Source: Candidatus Iainarchaeum sp.
Lineage (GTDB): Archaea > Iainarchaeota > Iainarchaeia > Iainarchaeales > GCA-2688035
DNA length: 64,000 bases
Direction of reading: 5' to 3'
NCBI GenBank assembly: GCA_017610175.1
Contig: JAFCCO010000001.1
Coordinates: 64,001-128,000, forward strand
In this document: in pieces, positions 19,486 to 28,040 of the stretch
Layout: each line of letters begins with the position of its first letter
How positions within the stretch are numbered: the first letter of the stretch is position 1
The notes under the pieces: model-generated
What the model was told of the DNA's origin: nothing
The model's database searches: none
Seen by the model: only the letters and a program-made list of their open reading frames with translations
Translations under genes and position numbers: made by a program

Positions 19486-19926
19486 TTATCCCTTCTTTTT
19501 CTTGACCCTCTTCATGCCGGGAACGTCAACTTGACTGTAGTCAGCCATCAGGCCGCATCCTTTCAGAACCTTTCTTGTTGCGTAAACCTTGCAGAACTGC
19601 GCAAGTTCCTTTTGCTCGTTTTTTTGGAGCTCGGGCAAAGTGGAAATTTCCTTTATTGCCGCTGAAACAGTCCGCTTGTTTACTCCCTTCAAAGCGGTGG
19701 CGATTTCTTCCTCGGATTTTCCCAAAGTAATTTCCGCCAATGCGGCGTCAACCTTTTTCAGGTCAACAATTTTTCTTAGGTTGCTTTCCATTTTGTTGTC
19801 AAAGCTCAATCCAAGGGATGCAATAAATTCCATAACCATTTTCGGACCTGTCTTTTCCTCAATCTTTAGTTTTTTAATTACCGTCCAATCCTCGTAGTTT
19901 GCAATAAACTGAATAATTTCTTCCAT
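19486..19926 (-). CDS. Conserved archaeal protein, DUF2666-like
   Basis: N-terminal IQFIANYEDWTVIKKL...EFIAS pattern, recalled for DUF2666; not searched. Confidence 0.6.
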   Translation of the reverse strand: MEEIIQFIANYEDWTVIKKLKIEEKTGPKMVMEFIASLGLSFDNKMESNLRKIVDLKKVDAALAEITLGKSEEEIATALKGVNKRTVSAAIKEISTLPELQKNEQKELAQFCKVYATRKVLKGCGLMADYSQVDVPGMKRVKKKKG

Positions 19927-19939
19927 TCCAATTCCTCCT

Positions 19940-20365
19940 TTAATTTTTTAACTTAAGTTTTTCCTCAATTTTCCTTCCAATCAGCAAAACCGCTTCAATC
20001 AAAACGGTTGCCGCAACCGCCAGAATATAGTAACCCAATCCGATTGTAATCCCGATTATTGCAACAGCCCAAAGGTTTGCAGCACTTGTAATTCCGTAAA
20101 CTCCCTCTCTTTCGCGAAAAATAACTCCTGCCCCAATGAATCCGACTCCTGTAACTATTCCTGCAAGAATGTGGCCCATGTGCCCCTGCGGGCTAAGGGA
20201 GATTGCAGCAAATCCAACCGCGGTAAACAAGGTGGTTGCAATGCACACAACTGCGTGTGTTCTTATTCCGGCGGGCTTGTCCTTAACTGCTCTCTCAAAT
20301 CCAATCATGCTGCCAAGCAATGCGGCAAGTGCAATCTGCAGCACAACAGTTGTTTCCGAAATCAT
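19940..20365 (-). CDS. MgtC/SapB family protein
   Basis: IGFER...AGIRTH, GVGFIGAG and GITSAA.LW motifs. Confidence 0.92.
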   Translation of the reverse strand: MISETTVVLQIALAALLGSMIGFERAVKDKPAGIRTHAVVCIATTLFTAVGFAAISLSPQGHMGHILAGIVTGVGFIGAGVIFREREGVYGITSAANLWAVAIIGITIGLGYYILAVAATVLIEAVLLIGRKIEEKLKLKN

Positions 20366-20422
20366 AAAATCATACTTAATATGGAATTTCTAGTATTTAA
20401 ATCTATTAATTGAATCAGAAAA

Positions 20423-20494
20423 AGCCCTCGATGGGATTTGAACCCATGACCTGCTGCTTACAAGGCAGCTGCTCTACCACTGAGCTACGAGGGC
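20423..20494 (-). tRNA. tRNA-Thr(TGT)
   Basis: GCCCTCG acceptor; GCTGC-CT-TGT-AA-GCAGC arm; TTCAAAT loop; U73. Confidence 0.95.
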
Positions 20495-20554
20495 AATTGG
20501 TATAACAAGTAGTTTTTGATAAGAATTTAAAAGCTATGCAGTAGAATTGAATTA

Positions 20555-21190
20555 ATGAAAATAGGCTGCTTTTCGTTTAAATGCAGTGAATGCTGCAAGC
20601 GGTACTGGATTACGCTGCTTCCCTATGAAGCAAAGCGCATTGCAGAAAAGCTTTCCCTCCCCTTGGACGAGTTTATTGAAAAAAAATGCGTGCTTGTTGC
20701 ATTTCTTTACGCAAGAAAAAGCAGTGGAGAAAAGCTTTCAATTTCAAGCAACAGGCTTCCCGCAAAGATTGCTTCCTTTGCAGAGCAGGAATTTGGAACA
20801 GTGCCCAACGCATTCCTGCTGCTTCCGGTTCTTGCGCTGAACAGGAACTCAAAGGGCTGGTGTTCAATGCTGAAGAGGGGGCGCTGCGAGGTTCACAATG
20901 TCGCGCCCGTAATCTGCCAGCTCTTTCCGTCCATTGCGGTAAGCAAGAGAACCCTTCGCAAAGTCTACCCCTTCTGTGCCGCGCTAAAGCAGGAAAAGTT
21001 TGACCACTCACTTGGATTGCTTGACGAAAAGCAAAAGCTGCGAATCGACAAATACTTTGAGCAGGTTAAGAAAAAAGGGTTTTTAAAAATCTGGAAAACT
21101 CTTCCCTCCAAAGCGATTGTTTTGGTTGAGGGGAAAAAAGAGCTTGCTGTTTCAAAAAAGCAGTTTCTCGAATTACTTGGTTTCAATTAA
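20555..21190 (+). CDS. YkgJ-like cysteine-cluster (CxxCC) protein
   Basis: CSECC...CSML...CEVH..AP.ICQLFP pattern. Confidence 0.8.
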   Translation: MKIGCFSFKCSECCKRYWITLLPYEAKRIAEKLSLPLDEFIEKKCVLVAFLYARKSSGEKLSISSNRLPAKIASFAEQEFGTVPNAFLLLPVLALNRNSKGWCSMLKRGRCEVHNVAPVICQLFPSIAVSKRTLRKVYPFCAALKQEKFDHSLGLLDEKQKLRIDKYFEQVKKKGFLKIWKTLPSKAIVLVEGKKELAVSKKQFLELLGFN

Positions 21191-21775
21191 TTTCTTTGCA
21201 GGCCTTTCATTCCGCAAATTCATTTTTTCGCGGACTTCCTCAAGATTCACCTTTGTGTCCTTGCAGCCGTCGTACAAAAGCAGTGCAGTCTGTGGCGAAA
21301 CCTCTGTTCCCTGGAGGACATCAAAAGCCATGTTTGCTTCATTATAGCAGGCAACCCCCAGAATTGCCTTTGGCTTGTATTTCTTTATAATCTTGTAAAC
21401 CATGCTTCCGCCGGGGCAGATAAAAACCTTCCCAAATCCATTTTCCTCTGCAAGCAAAATCAAAGCCGGAATCTGGCACTTTCCGCACTTCTTGCACTGC
21501 AATCCATCTTCATTGTATTCCGCAATGCATTCCTTGCTGTTTCTCAGGCAATGCGGCAAAAACAGGAACCTTTCCTTGTTTGGGATTCGCTTGTAGCCGT
21601 ATTCGTTCATCTTGTTTCTAAGCTCAATATGGGTGTAGCTGATAAGCCTTTCGCTCAACCCGAATTTTTTTGCAATGGCCTCTGTTGTCTCAGCCACGTT
21701 CAGGTGAGTGGTCTTGTCCACCAGCTTACCGATTTGTTCCTTTATGCGCAGGTTAATTGCAGCCATGTTTCCCAC
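21173..21775 (-). CDS. DUF116 family protein
   Basis: FLPHCLR...C...CKKCGKC.I...PGGS...GVAC...GCKDT motifs. Confidence 0.88.
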   Translation of the reverse strand: MGNMAAINLRIKEQIGKLVDKTTHLNVAETTEAIAKKFGLSERLISYTHIELRNKMNEYGYKRIPNKERFLFLPHCLRNSKECIAEYNEDGLQCKKCGKCQIPALILLAEENGFGKVFICPGGSMVYKIIKKYKPKAILGVACYNEANMAFDVLQGTEVSPQTALLLYDGCKDTKVNLEEVREKMNLRNERPAKKLIETK

Positions 21776-21807
21776 TAAAAAAAAGGTTGCAAAAGCGTTA
21801 AAAACAG

Positions 21808-22053
21808 CTACATTCCTGCAACAAGCCTGTCCTTTTCAGCCCGTGTAAATTGCTTTATTTTGTGCTCGCGCTTCATAGCCAAGCTTCTGCTTTCAATTTC
21901 CTCTGAATAAACAAGCCTTACAGGCCGCCTTCGCTTTGTATACTTTGCCCCGGCGCCCTTGTTGTGCGCCTCAACCCTTTTTTTCAAATCATTTGTCCAG
22001 CCGCAGTAAAGGCTTTTGTCCCTGCATTCCACAAGGTAAACGTAGAAAGGCAT
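21808..22053 (-). CDS. Small GIY-YIG nuclease (YazA/UPF0213-like)
   Basis: YVYLVEC.D.SLYCGWT.DL..R...HN.G.GAKYT..RRP...A.KRE..IK pattern. Confidence 0.92.
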   Translation of the reverse strand: MPFYVYLVECRDKSLYCGWTNDLKKRVEAHNKGAGAKYTKRRRPVRLVYSEEIESRSLAMKREHKIKQFTRAEKDRLVAGM

Positions 22054-22647
22054 TCAAAACGTTCTCTCAAAGTCCCTAATTCCCCTGATTCCAACGCTCC
22101 AAGCATCTTTCCCAATTGCAAATTCCTTTTTCTTTTTCTTGATTTGAATAAGCCTGCTTTCGGTCTCGCTTAATTTCCAAACAAGCTCTGCCTTGTGTGT
22201 TAAATCCACAATAAAGCGTTCTCCCCCCAACTTGACCACTGAGTAACTGTGTGTTCCAATTCTCACAAAGGACGCCGGAATTCCCCTGGCGCGCAAAGCG
22301 GCGGTCATTGCAATGGTGAAGTCAAGGCAGCCGATACTTTGAACTCCGGAAAGTTTTCCCTTGAGTGCAAAAACTTTTCCCGATGAAAGGATTTGCTCTG
22401 CGGTTCTTCTGGAATAGGATTCTGAAAACTGTTTTCCCTTAACCTTTACTACTTTCAGGTTTGTCAGCATTGCCTTTGCCATATGCCTTACAAGCTCAGC
22501 CGATGGCTTCCCAGGAAAGCGTGCGGCAAACGCCCTTAGTGCAGGGCCGGGTCTTGACTGTGGCCCTGGCTTTAGCACCCGCCTTCTTGCAACCGGCTTC
22601 CTAATGGGCTTTGCAGCAGTCTTTCCCATAATTCTTTTCTTCTTCAC
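22054..22647 (-). CDS. Very basic transglutaminase-like protein
   Basis: GCLDFT...LRARGIPA...H...VD arrangement (Cys-His-Asp); Lys/Arg/Pro-rich N-terminus. Confidence 0.6.
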   Translation of the reverse strand: MKKKRIMGKTAAKPIRKPVARRRVLKPGPQSRPGPALRAFAARFPGKPSAELVRHMAKAMLTNLKVVKVKGKQFSESYSRRTAEQILSSGKVFALKGKLSGVQSIGCLDFTIAMTAALRARGIPASFVRIGTHSYSVVKLGGERFIVDLTHKAELVWKLSETESRLIQIKKKKKEFAIGKDAWSVGIRGIRDFERTF

Positions 22648-22651
22648 AGCA

Positions 22652-23182
22652 TCACCTTCGCCTTACACTATGGGTCCTTTTCCTAATCCTCTCAATTTCG
22701 GTGGCAATCGGAACAGCTTTTCCCACAACAGTTCCCCTTTTTCTCACCTGCTCAAGCCTCTTTTTGGTGTTGTTTGCTCTAGCCGGTCTGATTGAATATC
22801 CTTTGAATCTTTTTCTCAAATCCCTCAAGGCCTTCACTTCTGCAAGCGCGGCAAGTCCCTTTCCCCTGAGCTGGTTCTTTATCCCTGTGGAAAGGGGAGA
22901 AGCCCTTGAAATAGGGTAATATGCGCCAACCTCAATAAGCTTGTCTTTTGGGTGAACAACAAACTTAATGTGCCCCAAAAATGCCCCTGCAACAGGAGTT
23001 TGTGCTGCAATGGATTTAAGGGTGCCATTGATTGTGTGGTTTGAAATAAAAATGCCTTTTTTGCCTGGCTTGTGCCTCCCAATCTTCAAGTCATATCCCA
23101 TTTTCAGGGACTTTTCTGCATTGTGCAATTCCGACGGCTGGATGGGTTGGATATAAATCCCCCAAATCTGTTCCCCTGCCAT
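22652..23182 (-). CDS. Very basic hypothetical protein (possible degenerate GNAT; LRGKGLA)
   Basis: 176-aa ORF co-oriented with its neighbours; ends RIRKRTHSVRRR. Confidence 0.55.
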   Translation of the reverse strand: MAGEQIWGIYIQPIQPSELHNAEKSLKMGYDLKIGRHKPGKKGIFISNHTINGTLKSIAAQTPVAGAFLGHIKFVVHPKDKLIEVGAYYPISRASPLSTGIKNQLRGKGLAALAEVKALRDLRKRFKGYSIRPARANNTKKRLEQVRKRGTVVGKAVPIATEIERIRKRTHSVRRR

Positions 23183-23402
23183 ACTAAAAGAAGCGCTTTT
23201 GGGCTTATTAATTATTGGGGCTTGGAAAACAGCCTTTGTTTACCCTTTAAAATGCTTTCGATTTATCTATTATGTATACGAAAAGGAAAGGAAACTCTAT
23301 TTTTTTCTTAAATGAAGAACAAGCCGCTTCGAGCGGAATAGCGTTTTTTTGCCTTTTGCACAAAACAAATACCTTCTTAGAAGGCAAAAGGAGTTGAATA
23401 AT

Positions 23403-24506
23403 TTGAAATTCGAAGAACTAGACATATGTAAGACCCTTAAGATGGCAATCCACCAAAAGGGTTTTGAAGAGCCATCAGACGTGCAGGCACAGGTAATTCC
23501 TGTTGCACTCAATGGAAAGGACATTGTGGGAAAGTCAAAGACCGGAACAGGAAAAACCGCGGCATTTGCAATCCCACTGATTGAATTGATTAAGCCAAGG
23601 CAGGCTTTTTCAGCATTGATAATTACTCCCACAAGGGAACTTGCTCTCCAGGTAAAAGAGGAAGTTGTTTCCCTTGCAAAGGGAAGCGGGCTAAGCGCTG
23701 TAGCCGTTTTTGGCGGAGACAGTGTCTCAAAGCAGGCACAGCTTTTAAGGCGCAAGCCTGAAATAATTGTTGGAACACCGGGAAGGCTTCTTGACTTCAT
23801 TTCAAGGGGCAACCTTAACTTTTCAAAAACAGGGTTCCTTGTTCTTGACGAGGCAGACAGAATGTTTGACATGGGTTTTAGGGACGACATTGAGAAAATA
23901 ATTTCTTACACCCCAAAACACAGGCAGACAATGCTTTTCTCGGCAACAATGCCCAGCTCAATCCAAAACATGATTGACACCCACCTGAAGGATGACAAGG
24001 TTTTCTTCAACTTGAGCGAGGACGATTCACCTGTTGACGAGGTTGAGCAGTACTACATTATGCTTGACAAAAGGCACAAGATTAATGCCTTGCAGGACAT
24101 AATTGGCTGGGACCAAAACGCAAAAACACTTGTTTTCTGCAGAACCAAGAGAACGGTTGACTGGCTGGAGGAACAGCTCTTAAGGCGCGGAATTCAGGCC
24201 TTGCCGCTTCACGGCGACAAAAGGCAGAGCGCAAGAAATTCAATTCTCCAAAAGTTTAAGAGATCAAGGGGCGGAGTTTTGATTGCAACAGACATTGTGG
24301 CAAGAGGAATCCACGTTGACGACATAGGGCATGTTGTAAACTTTGACTTCCCGGAAGAGCCTGAAACCTACATCCACAGGATTGGAAGAACAGCAAGGCA
24401 GGGAAAAAGAGGGCTTGCAGTAAGCTTTTGCGCAAATGTGCGCGAACTCGAGGACTTAAAGAGGCTTGCTGAAGAGCGAAACGCAGATATACGAGAACTG
24501 CGTTAA
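23403..24506 (+). CDS. DEAD-box RNA helicase
   Basis: Q motif, GTGKT, PTRELA, TPGR, DEAD, SAT, ARGI and HRIGRTAR; start placed 9 nt after AAGGAG. Confidence 0.95.
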   Translation: MKFEELDICKTLKMAIHQKGFEEPSDVQAQVIPVALNGKDIVGKSKTGTGKTAAFAIPLIELIKPRQAFSALIITPTRELALQVKEEVVSLAKGSGLSAVAVFGGDSVSKQAQLLRRKPEIIVGTPGRLLDFISRGNLNFSKTGFLVLDEADRMFDMGFRDDIEKIISYTPKHRQTMLFSATMPSSIQNMIDTHLKDDKVFFNLSEDDSPVDEVEQYYIMLDKRHKINALQDIIGWDQNAKTLVFCRTKRTVDWLEEQLLRRGIQALPLHGDKRQSARNSILQKFKRSRGGVLIATDIVARGIHVDDIGHVVNFDFPEEPETYIHRIGRTARQGKRGLAVSFCANVRELEDLKRLAEERNADIRELR

Positions 24507-24524
24507 TAGTTGGAGGAATTTAAA

Positions 24525-24923
24525 ATGATTGAAGTTGAACAAGACACACATGCAAGGGTTGTTGAAAAGCCCTGCATCTCCATTTCCATTAGCGGAAAGG
24601 ATTTGGTTAAGAGAATCTTAACCAACTTTAAGGGCGTTCCAGACCCTGAAGCATTGAAGCAAACCGATTTCATCGGCCTGCGCTTTGCAAAGGGAGTAAC
24701 CGGAGAGGAACTCTTAACGGTTTACGGGGACCAGAACACCTTTGGATTCAAGTGCCCAAACAAGACATTTGACACAGTCCACAGCCTGATGAAGGAAGAG
24801 CGAGGAGACGTAAAGCAAACCGTTCTCAACAAGAGCGGAAACTACGTCAGCCACGCAACCGAAAAAGAATGGAAAGAGCAGTGCAAGAAAAACAAGACTC
24901 CCTGGCTTGTTCCAAGGAAGTAA
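24525..24923 (+). CDS. Hypothetical protein downstream of the helicase
   Basis: GGAGG RBS before ATG 24525; followed by a T-rich tract at about 24985-24992. Confidence 0.7.
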   Translation: MIEVEQDTHARVVEKPCISISISGKDLVKRILTNFKGVPDPEALKQTDFIGLRFAKGVTGEELLTVYGDQNTFGFKCPNKTFDTVHSLMKEERGDVKQTVLNKSGNYVSHATEKEWKEQCKKNKTPWLVPRK

Positions 24924-24994
24924 ACGGTTTACGCTAATTCAGCCCTTAAGTTAAGCCTGAGTTTCCGGCTTATCTTTTGGCTACTTTTTTTTAT

Positions 24995-25675
24995 TCACTT
25001 AATTCTTCTTGCAGCGCCCTTGTGAACAAGCTGGCTTGCAAACATTTTTACGTTTCTAAACCTTGGCAGTTTTTGGGCTTTTTTGGCTTTGCGCGTATGC
25101 GTAACTCCTCCCAAGTGAACTTGAAGGGGCTTGCCGAACTTTCGCTTAAATACGTCGTAAAAGAATACTGATGTGCCATAGGCAGGGCTTTTTGCAAGGT
25201 GCTTAATTACCTTTGGGTCTTTAAGAACCGCAGCCAAGTCTGCTGCATTGTAGGCCCTTTGCCCACTGCTTTGAATCCTAATGCTTTTTGCCCAGCGGCT
25301 TTTCCCCCTGGTAAAATGCGGCAATACACCCACAGCCAAATGGCCGGCTCTTGCGTTTTTGACAAGGCCCTCAATATGCTTTTTGTTTAAATTTGCAATG
25401 TCCGCGTCAAGTGTTACCACAACGCCTGCCTTTCTTTCAAAAGCGTGATTGAAACCGGTTAGCAGGCCCTCTTTCAAGCCGGTTTTCCGATTCTCAATTA
25501 CTGAAACACCCTCAAACCCGCGCGTTAATTTCCCAAGGTTGTCCCTTGAGTGGTCGTTTACAACAACTATGTCAACGCGCTCTTTTGAGCCCCTCTTAAA
25601 ATCCTGCACTGCCTCTAAGACCTTGCCGATGCGGGAAGCCTCGTTTTTGCAGGGAATGATTATGCAAACGCTCAT
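24995..25675 (-). CDS. Glycosyltransferase family 2 protein (very basic, divergent)
   Basis: IIIPCKNE, VNDHSRD, TLDAD and SGQRA motifs. Confidence 0.8.
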   Translation of the reverse strand: MSVCIIIPCKNEASRIGKVLEAVQDFKRGSKERVDIVVVNDHSRDNLGKLTRGFEGVSVIENRKTGLKEGLLTGFNHAFERKAGVVVTLDADIANLNKKHIEGLVKNARAGHLAVGVLPHFTRGKSRWAKSIRIQSSGQRAYNAADLAAVLKDPKVIKHLAKSPAYGTSVFFYDVFKRKFGKPLQVHLGGVTHTRKAKKAQKLPRFRNVKMFASQLVHKGAARRIK

Positions 25676-25721
25676 GCATATACTAACTTTTTTGTAATTT
25701 ATACTTAGTAGGGATTGAAAG

Positions 25722-25794
25722 TGCCCTGGCCGGGATTCGAACCCGAATCACTGCCTTGAGAGGGCAGAATGCTTAACCGTTACACTACCGGGGC
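25722..25794 (-). tRNA. tRNA-Glu(CTC)
   Basis: CTGCC-CT-CTC-AA-GGCAG arm; TTCGAAT loop; acceptor stem has a C5.A68 mismatch. Confidence 0.92.
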
Positions 25795-25905
25795 AACTAA
25801 AAGAATTCGTTGGTAAATATTCTTTTAAATGAATTAATTTATAAGTCTTAGCAGTAATGATGCAAAAGCAATGCTTTTGCGTCAAGCGAAAACAATGTTT
25901 TCGCA

Positions 25906-25978
25906 GTGATGAACAGGCTGAGGACTGACTGCCTTGAAGCGATGTTTCAGGCGGAATGACGACGATAATGAGTTCTGA
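25906..25978 (+). ncRNA. Box C/D guide sRNA predicted to direct 2'-O-methylation of C34 of tRNA-Met (sR-tMet-like)
   Basis: C box GTGATGA 25906-12; 12-nt guide; D' CTGA 25925-28; hairpin insert; C' ATGACGA 25956-62; 12-nt guide CGATAATGAGTT; D CTGA 25975-78. Both guides are complementary to the tRNA-Met at 26820-26894. Confidence 0.85.
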
Positions 25979-26050
25979 GAATTTTGGGTGGGAAACCAAT
26001 TGGTTTCCCCCTTCAAAGTTCACCCTGTTTGTCTGAACGGTGCGAAAAAA

Positions 26051-26812
26051 ATGGCTGAAAAGGTTACGGTGATTGTTCCTGTTTTCAACGAGGCGGCAGC
26101 ACTCCCCTCTGTTTTGAAACCCCTTGTTTCCTGGAGAAACCAGGACAAAGCAGGAAGGGCCCTTGTGGTGGTAAATGATGGGAGTATTGACAGGACCGCT
26201 GAAGTTGCCCGCAGTCTTGGAGTAAAGGTAATTCCATCAGATTCCAAGCAGGGCAGAAATATTGGAAAGGCAGAGGCATTTATTGCAGGAGCCAAGCAGG
26301 CCAGGGCAAACAAAAGCGATGTTTTGGTTACGCTGGACGCCGACCTTCTCAATGTGACACCCAAGAAAGTGAACCAGTTGGTGGAGCAGCTTTCGCGCCT
26401 GAACGTAAACATGGTTACAGGCAAGGTTTATCCCACCGCCAAGCGGGGCTTTTTTCCAAAGCTCTTAAGGGGCCTGAATTTGGCCTTTTGGTCAAAGCCG
26501 ATTCTAAAGGAGCACAGCGGCCAGCGGGCAATTAAAATGCGTGCATTAAGCCAGTTGTTTAACAATAACCCAAAGTGGCTTTCTGCATTGAGGGGTTACG
26601 GGCTTGAAGCAGGCTTAAACTCTCTCATAAAAAAAGCCGCATTTTTTCCAAGGGGCGGAAAGGTTTTGTTCAACTCCCAGCCATCTTTTCGAAAGGGAAA
26701 AAAGGGCCTGAAAAGGCAGGTTACGCAAACCTATGTCTTATTTGATGAATGGGATGCTAAGGCAAGGGAATTGCGTAGGCAAAGAAAGAGGGCCAGAAGG
26801 GGAAGGCGTTAA
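26051..26812 (+). CDS. Glycosyltransferase family 2 protein (very basic)
   Basis: VIVPVFNE, VNDGSID, NIGKA, TLDAD, SGQRA and YGLE motifs; ends RRQRKRARRGRR. Confidence 0.85.
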   Translation: MAEKVTVIVPVFNEAAALPSVLKPLVSWRNQDKAGRALVVVNDGSIDRTAEVARSLGVKVIPSDSKQGRNIGKAEAFIAGAKQARANKSDVLVTLDADLLNVTPKKVNQLVEQLSRLNVNMVTGKVYPTAKRGFFPKLLRGLNLAFWSKPILKEHSGQRAIKMRALSQLFNNNPKWLSALRGYGLEAGLNSLIKKAAFFPRGGKVLFNSQPSFRKGKKGLKRQVTQTYVLFDEWDAKARELRRQRKRARRGRR

Positions 26813-26819
26813 ATTAAAG

Positions 26820-26894
26820 TGCCGGAGGAGGGATCTGAACCCTCGACCTTTCGATTATGAGTCGAACGCTCTAACCAGGCTGAGCTACTCCGGC
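26820..26894 (-). tRNA. tRNA-Met(CAT), elongator type, intron-less
   Basis: GCCGGAG acceptor (G1-C72); TTCGA-CT-CAT-AA-TCGAA arm lacks the initiator GGG/CCC pairs. Confidence 0.9.
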
Positions 26895-26940
26895 CTCTGA
26901 ATCAGTAAATATTAGGGAAAGCGAGCAATTAAAAAAGCTT

Positions 26941-27669
26941 TCAGAGAGCAAGAATTCCGTTTACCGCTTCGTCGCCCAAATCGTTTTGCTTGCTGTAATC
27001 CATTCTGCTCTTAACGGAAATTCCCTTCTTGCTGTGCGTTATTACGCGGTCGGCGTAGCCGATAAAAAGCCCTGTTTCAAGAACTCCCGGAACGTTCTTT
27101 GACTGGAACTCCAATTCGTCCATTGAGTAAATTTCGTCAATGTCAACGTTGATAATGTAGTGGTTTGTTTCGGTCCTGAACGGCTTGCCCCCCTTTTTCT
27201 GCAGCTTTGCCGTTCCAAGCGCCTCCAGCTGTGCAAGGGTCCTTTTCCACCCGAAAATTGAAACCTCGAACGGAACAATTCCCGAAAGCCTTTTTGCAAG
27301 ATTTGCTTCATCCGTTATTGCAATCATCTCCGCAGCACTCTGCGCAATCATCTTATCGCGAACAAGGCTTGTTGAATCCCTTTTGATGTAATTGAAGAGC
27401 GAGTCAACCTTGTCAACGAATTCAACCGCCACATCAACCTCGCGCTCGTTGATGTCTGCAACAGGAATGTGCAGGTCACCCAGAACAGCGGCAATCCTGC
27501 TGCTTGTTGGAATAACCCTCACTTTCTCCAAATGATGCTCTTCATCCTGAAGCTTTAGCGCAATCTTCTTCAAAAAAGTTTCAGAGTCCCTGCTTGTTCC
27601 AAAGGACAGGATGGAATCTGGCTTAATGTACTTGTCCACAAGGGCATCGATTATTTCTTCCGAAAGCAT
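26941..27669 (-). CDS. rpiA: Ribose-5-phosphate isomerase A homolog with divergent active-site motifs
   Basis: IPTS, VPFEV, PFRTETNHYI and VPGVLETGLF match the RpiA fold; DGADE and KGGGG motifs are altered. Confidence 0.75.
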   Translation of the reverse strand: MLSEEIIDALVDKYIKPDSILSFGTSRDSETFLKKIALKLQDEEHHLEKVRVIPTSSRIAAVLGDLHIPVADINEREVDVAVEFVDKVDSLFNYIKRDSTSLVRDKMIAQSAAEMIAITDEANLAKRLSGIVPFEVSIFGWKRTLAQLEALGTAKLQKKGGKPFRTETNHYIINVDIDEIYSMDELEFQSKNVPGVLETGLFIGYADRVITHSKKGISVKSRMDYSKQNDLGDEAVNGILAL

Positions 27670-28040
27670 TCAACCTAATAAAGTGCTTTGGGATATTTAA
27701 AGGTTTTTACAGGTTTAAACCGCTTATTCTAAATAGCATCACCTCCTTTTGGAATTTTTTCTCAGGACTCTGCTTTTCTCGGCTTAAACTTTTGGCCTCG
27801 TTTCTTTCGGCACAAAGGATTTAATGCCTCCAAAAGCACCAGAGATGTCCACGAAAAAATTCGTTAACTTGGAGGTGATGCGATGATTTCAAATAAAGTT
27901 TCAGAAGCAAGAGACAGCCCATTTAGCGACGGGTTTTCTCTTGCAGAATTATGCAAGAATCTTAAGAGGGAGTGGTCGCTGTGAACACCGGAAAGCCACT
28001 CTTTCCAAGAGGTTTTAAAGGGGGAAAACAAAGTTCTTGT

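Noticed and set aside
21808-22053. GIY-YIG homing endonuclease or mobile element
   Set aside because: It is an 81-aa stand-alone YazA-type protein with no DNA-binding extension or element boundaries.
25722-25794. tRNA editing implied by the C5.A68 mismatch in tRNA-Glu
   Set aside because: Single acceptor-stem mismatches are commonly tolerated, and nothing else supports editing.
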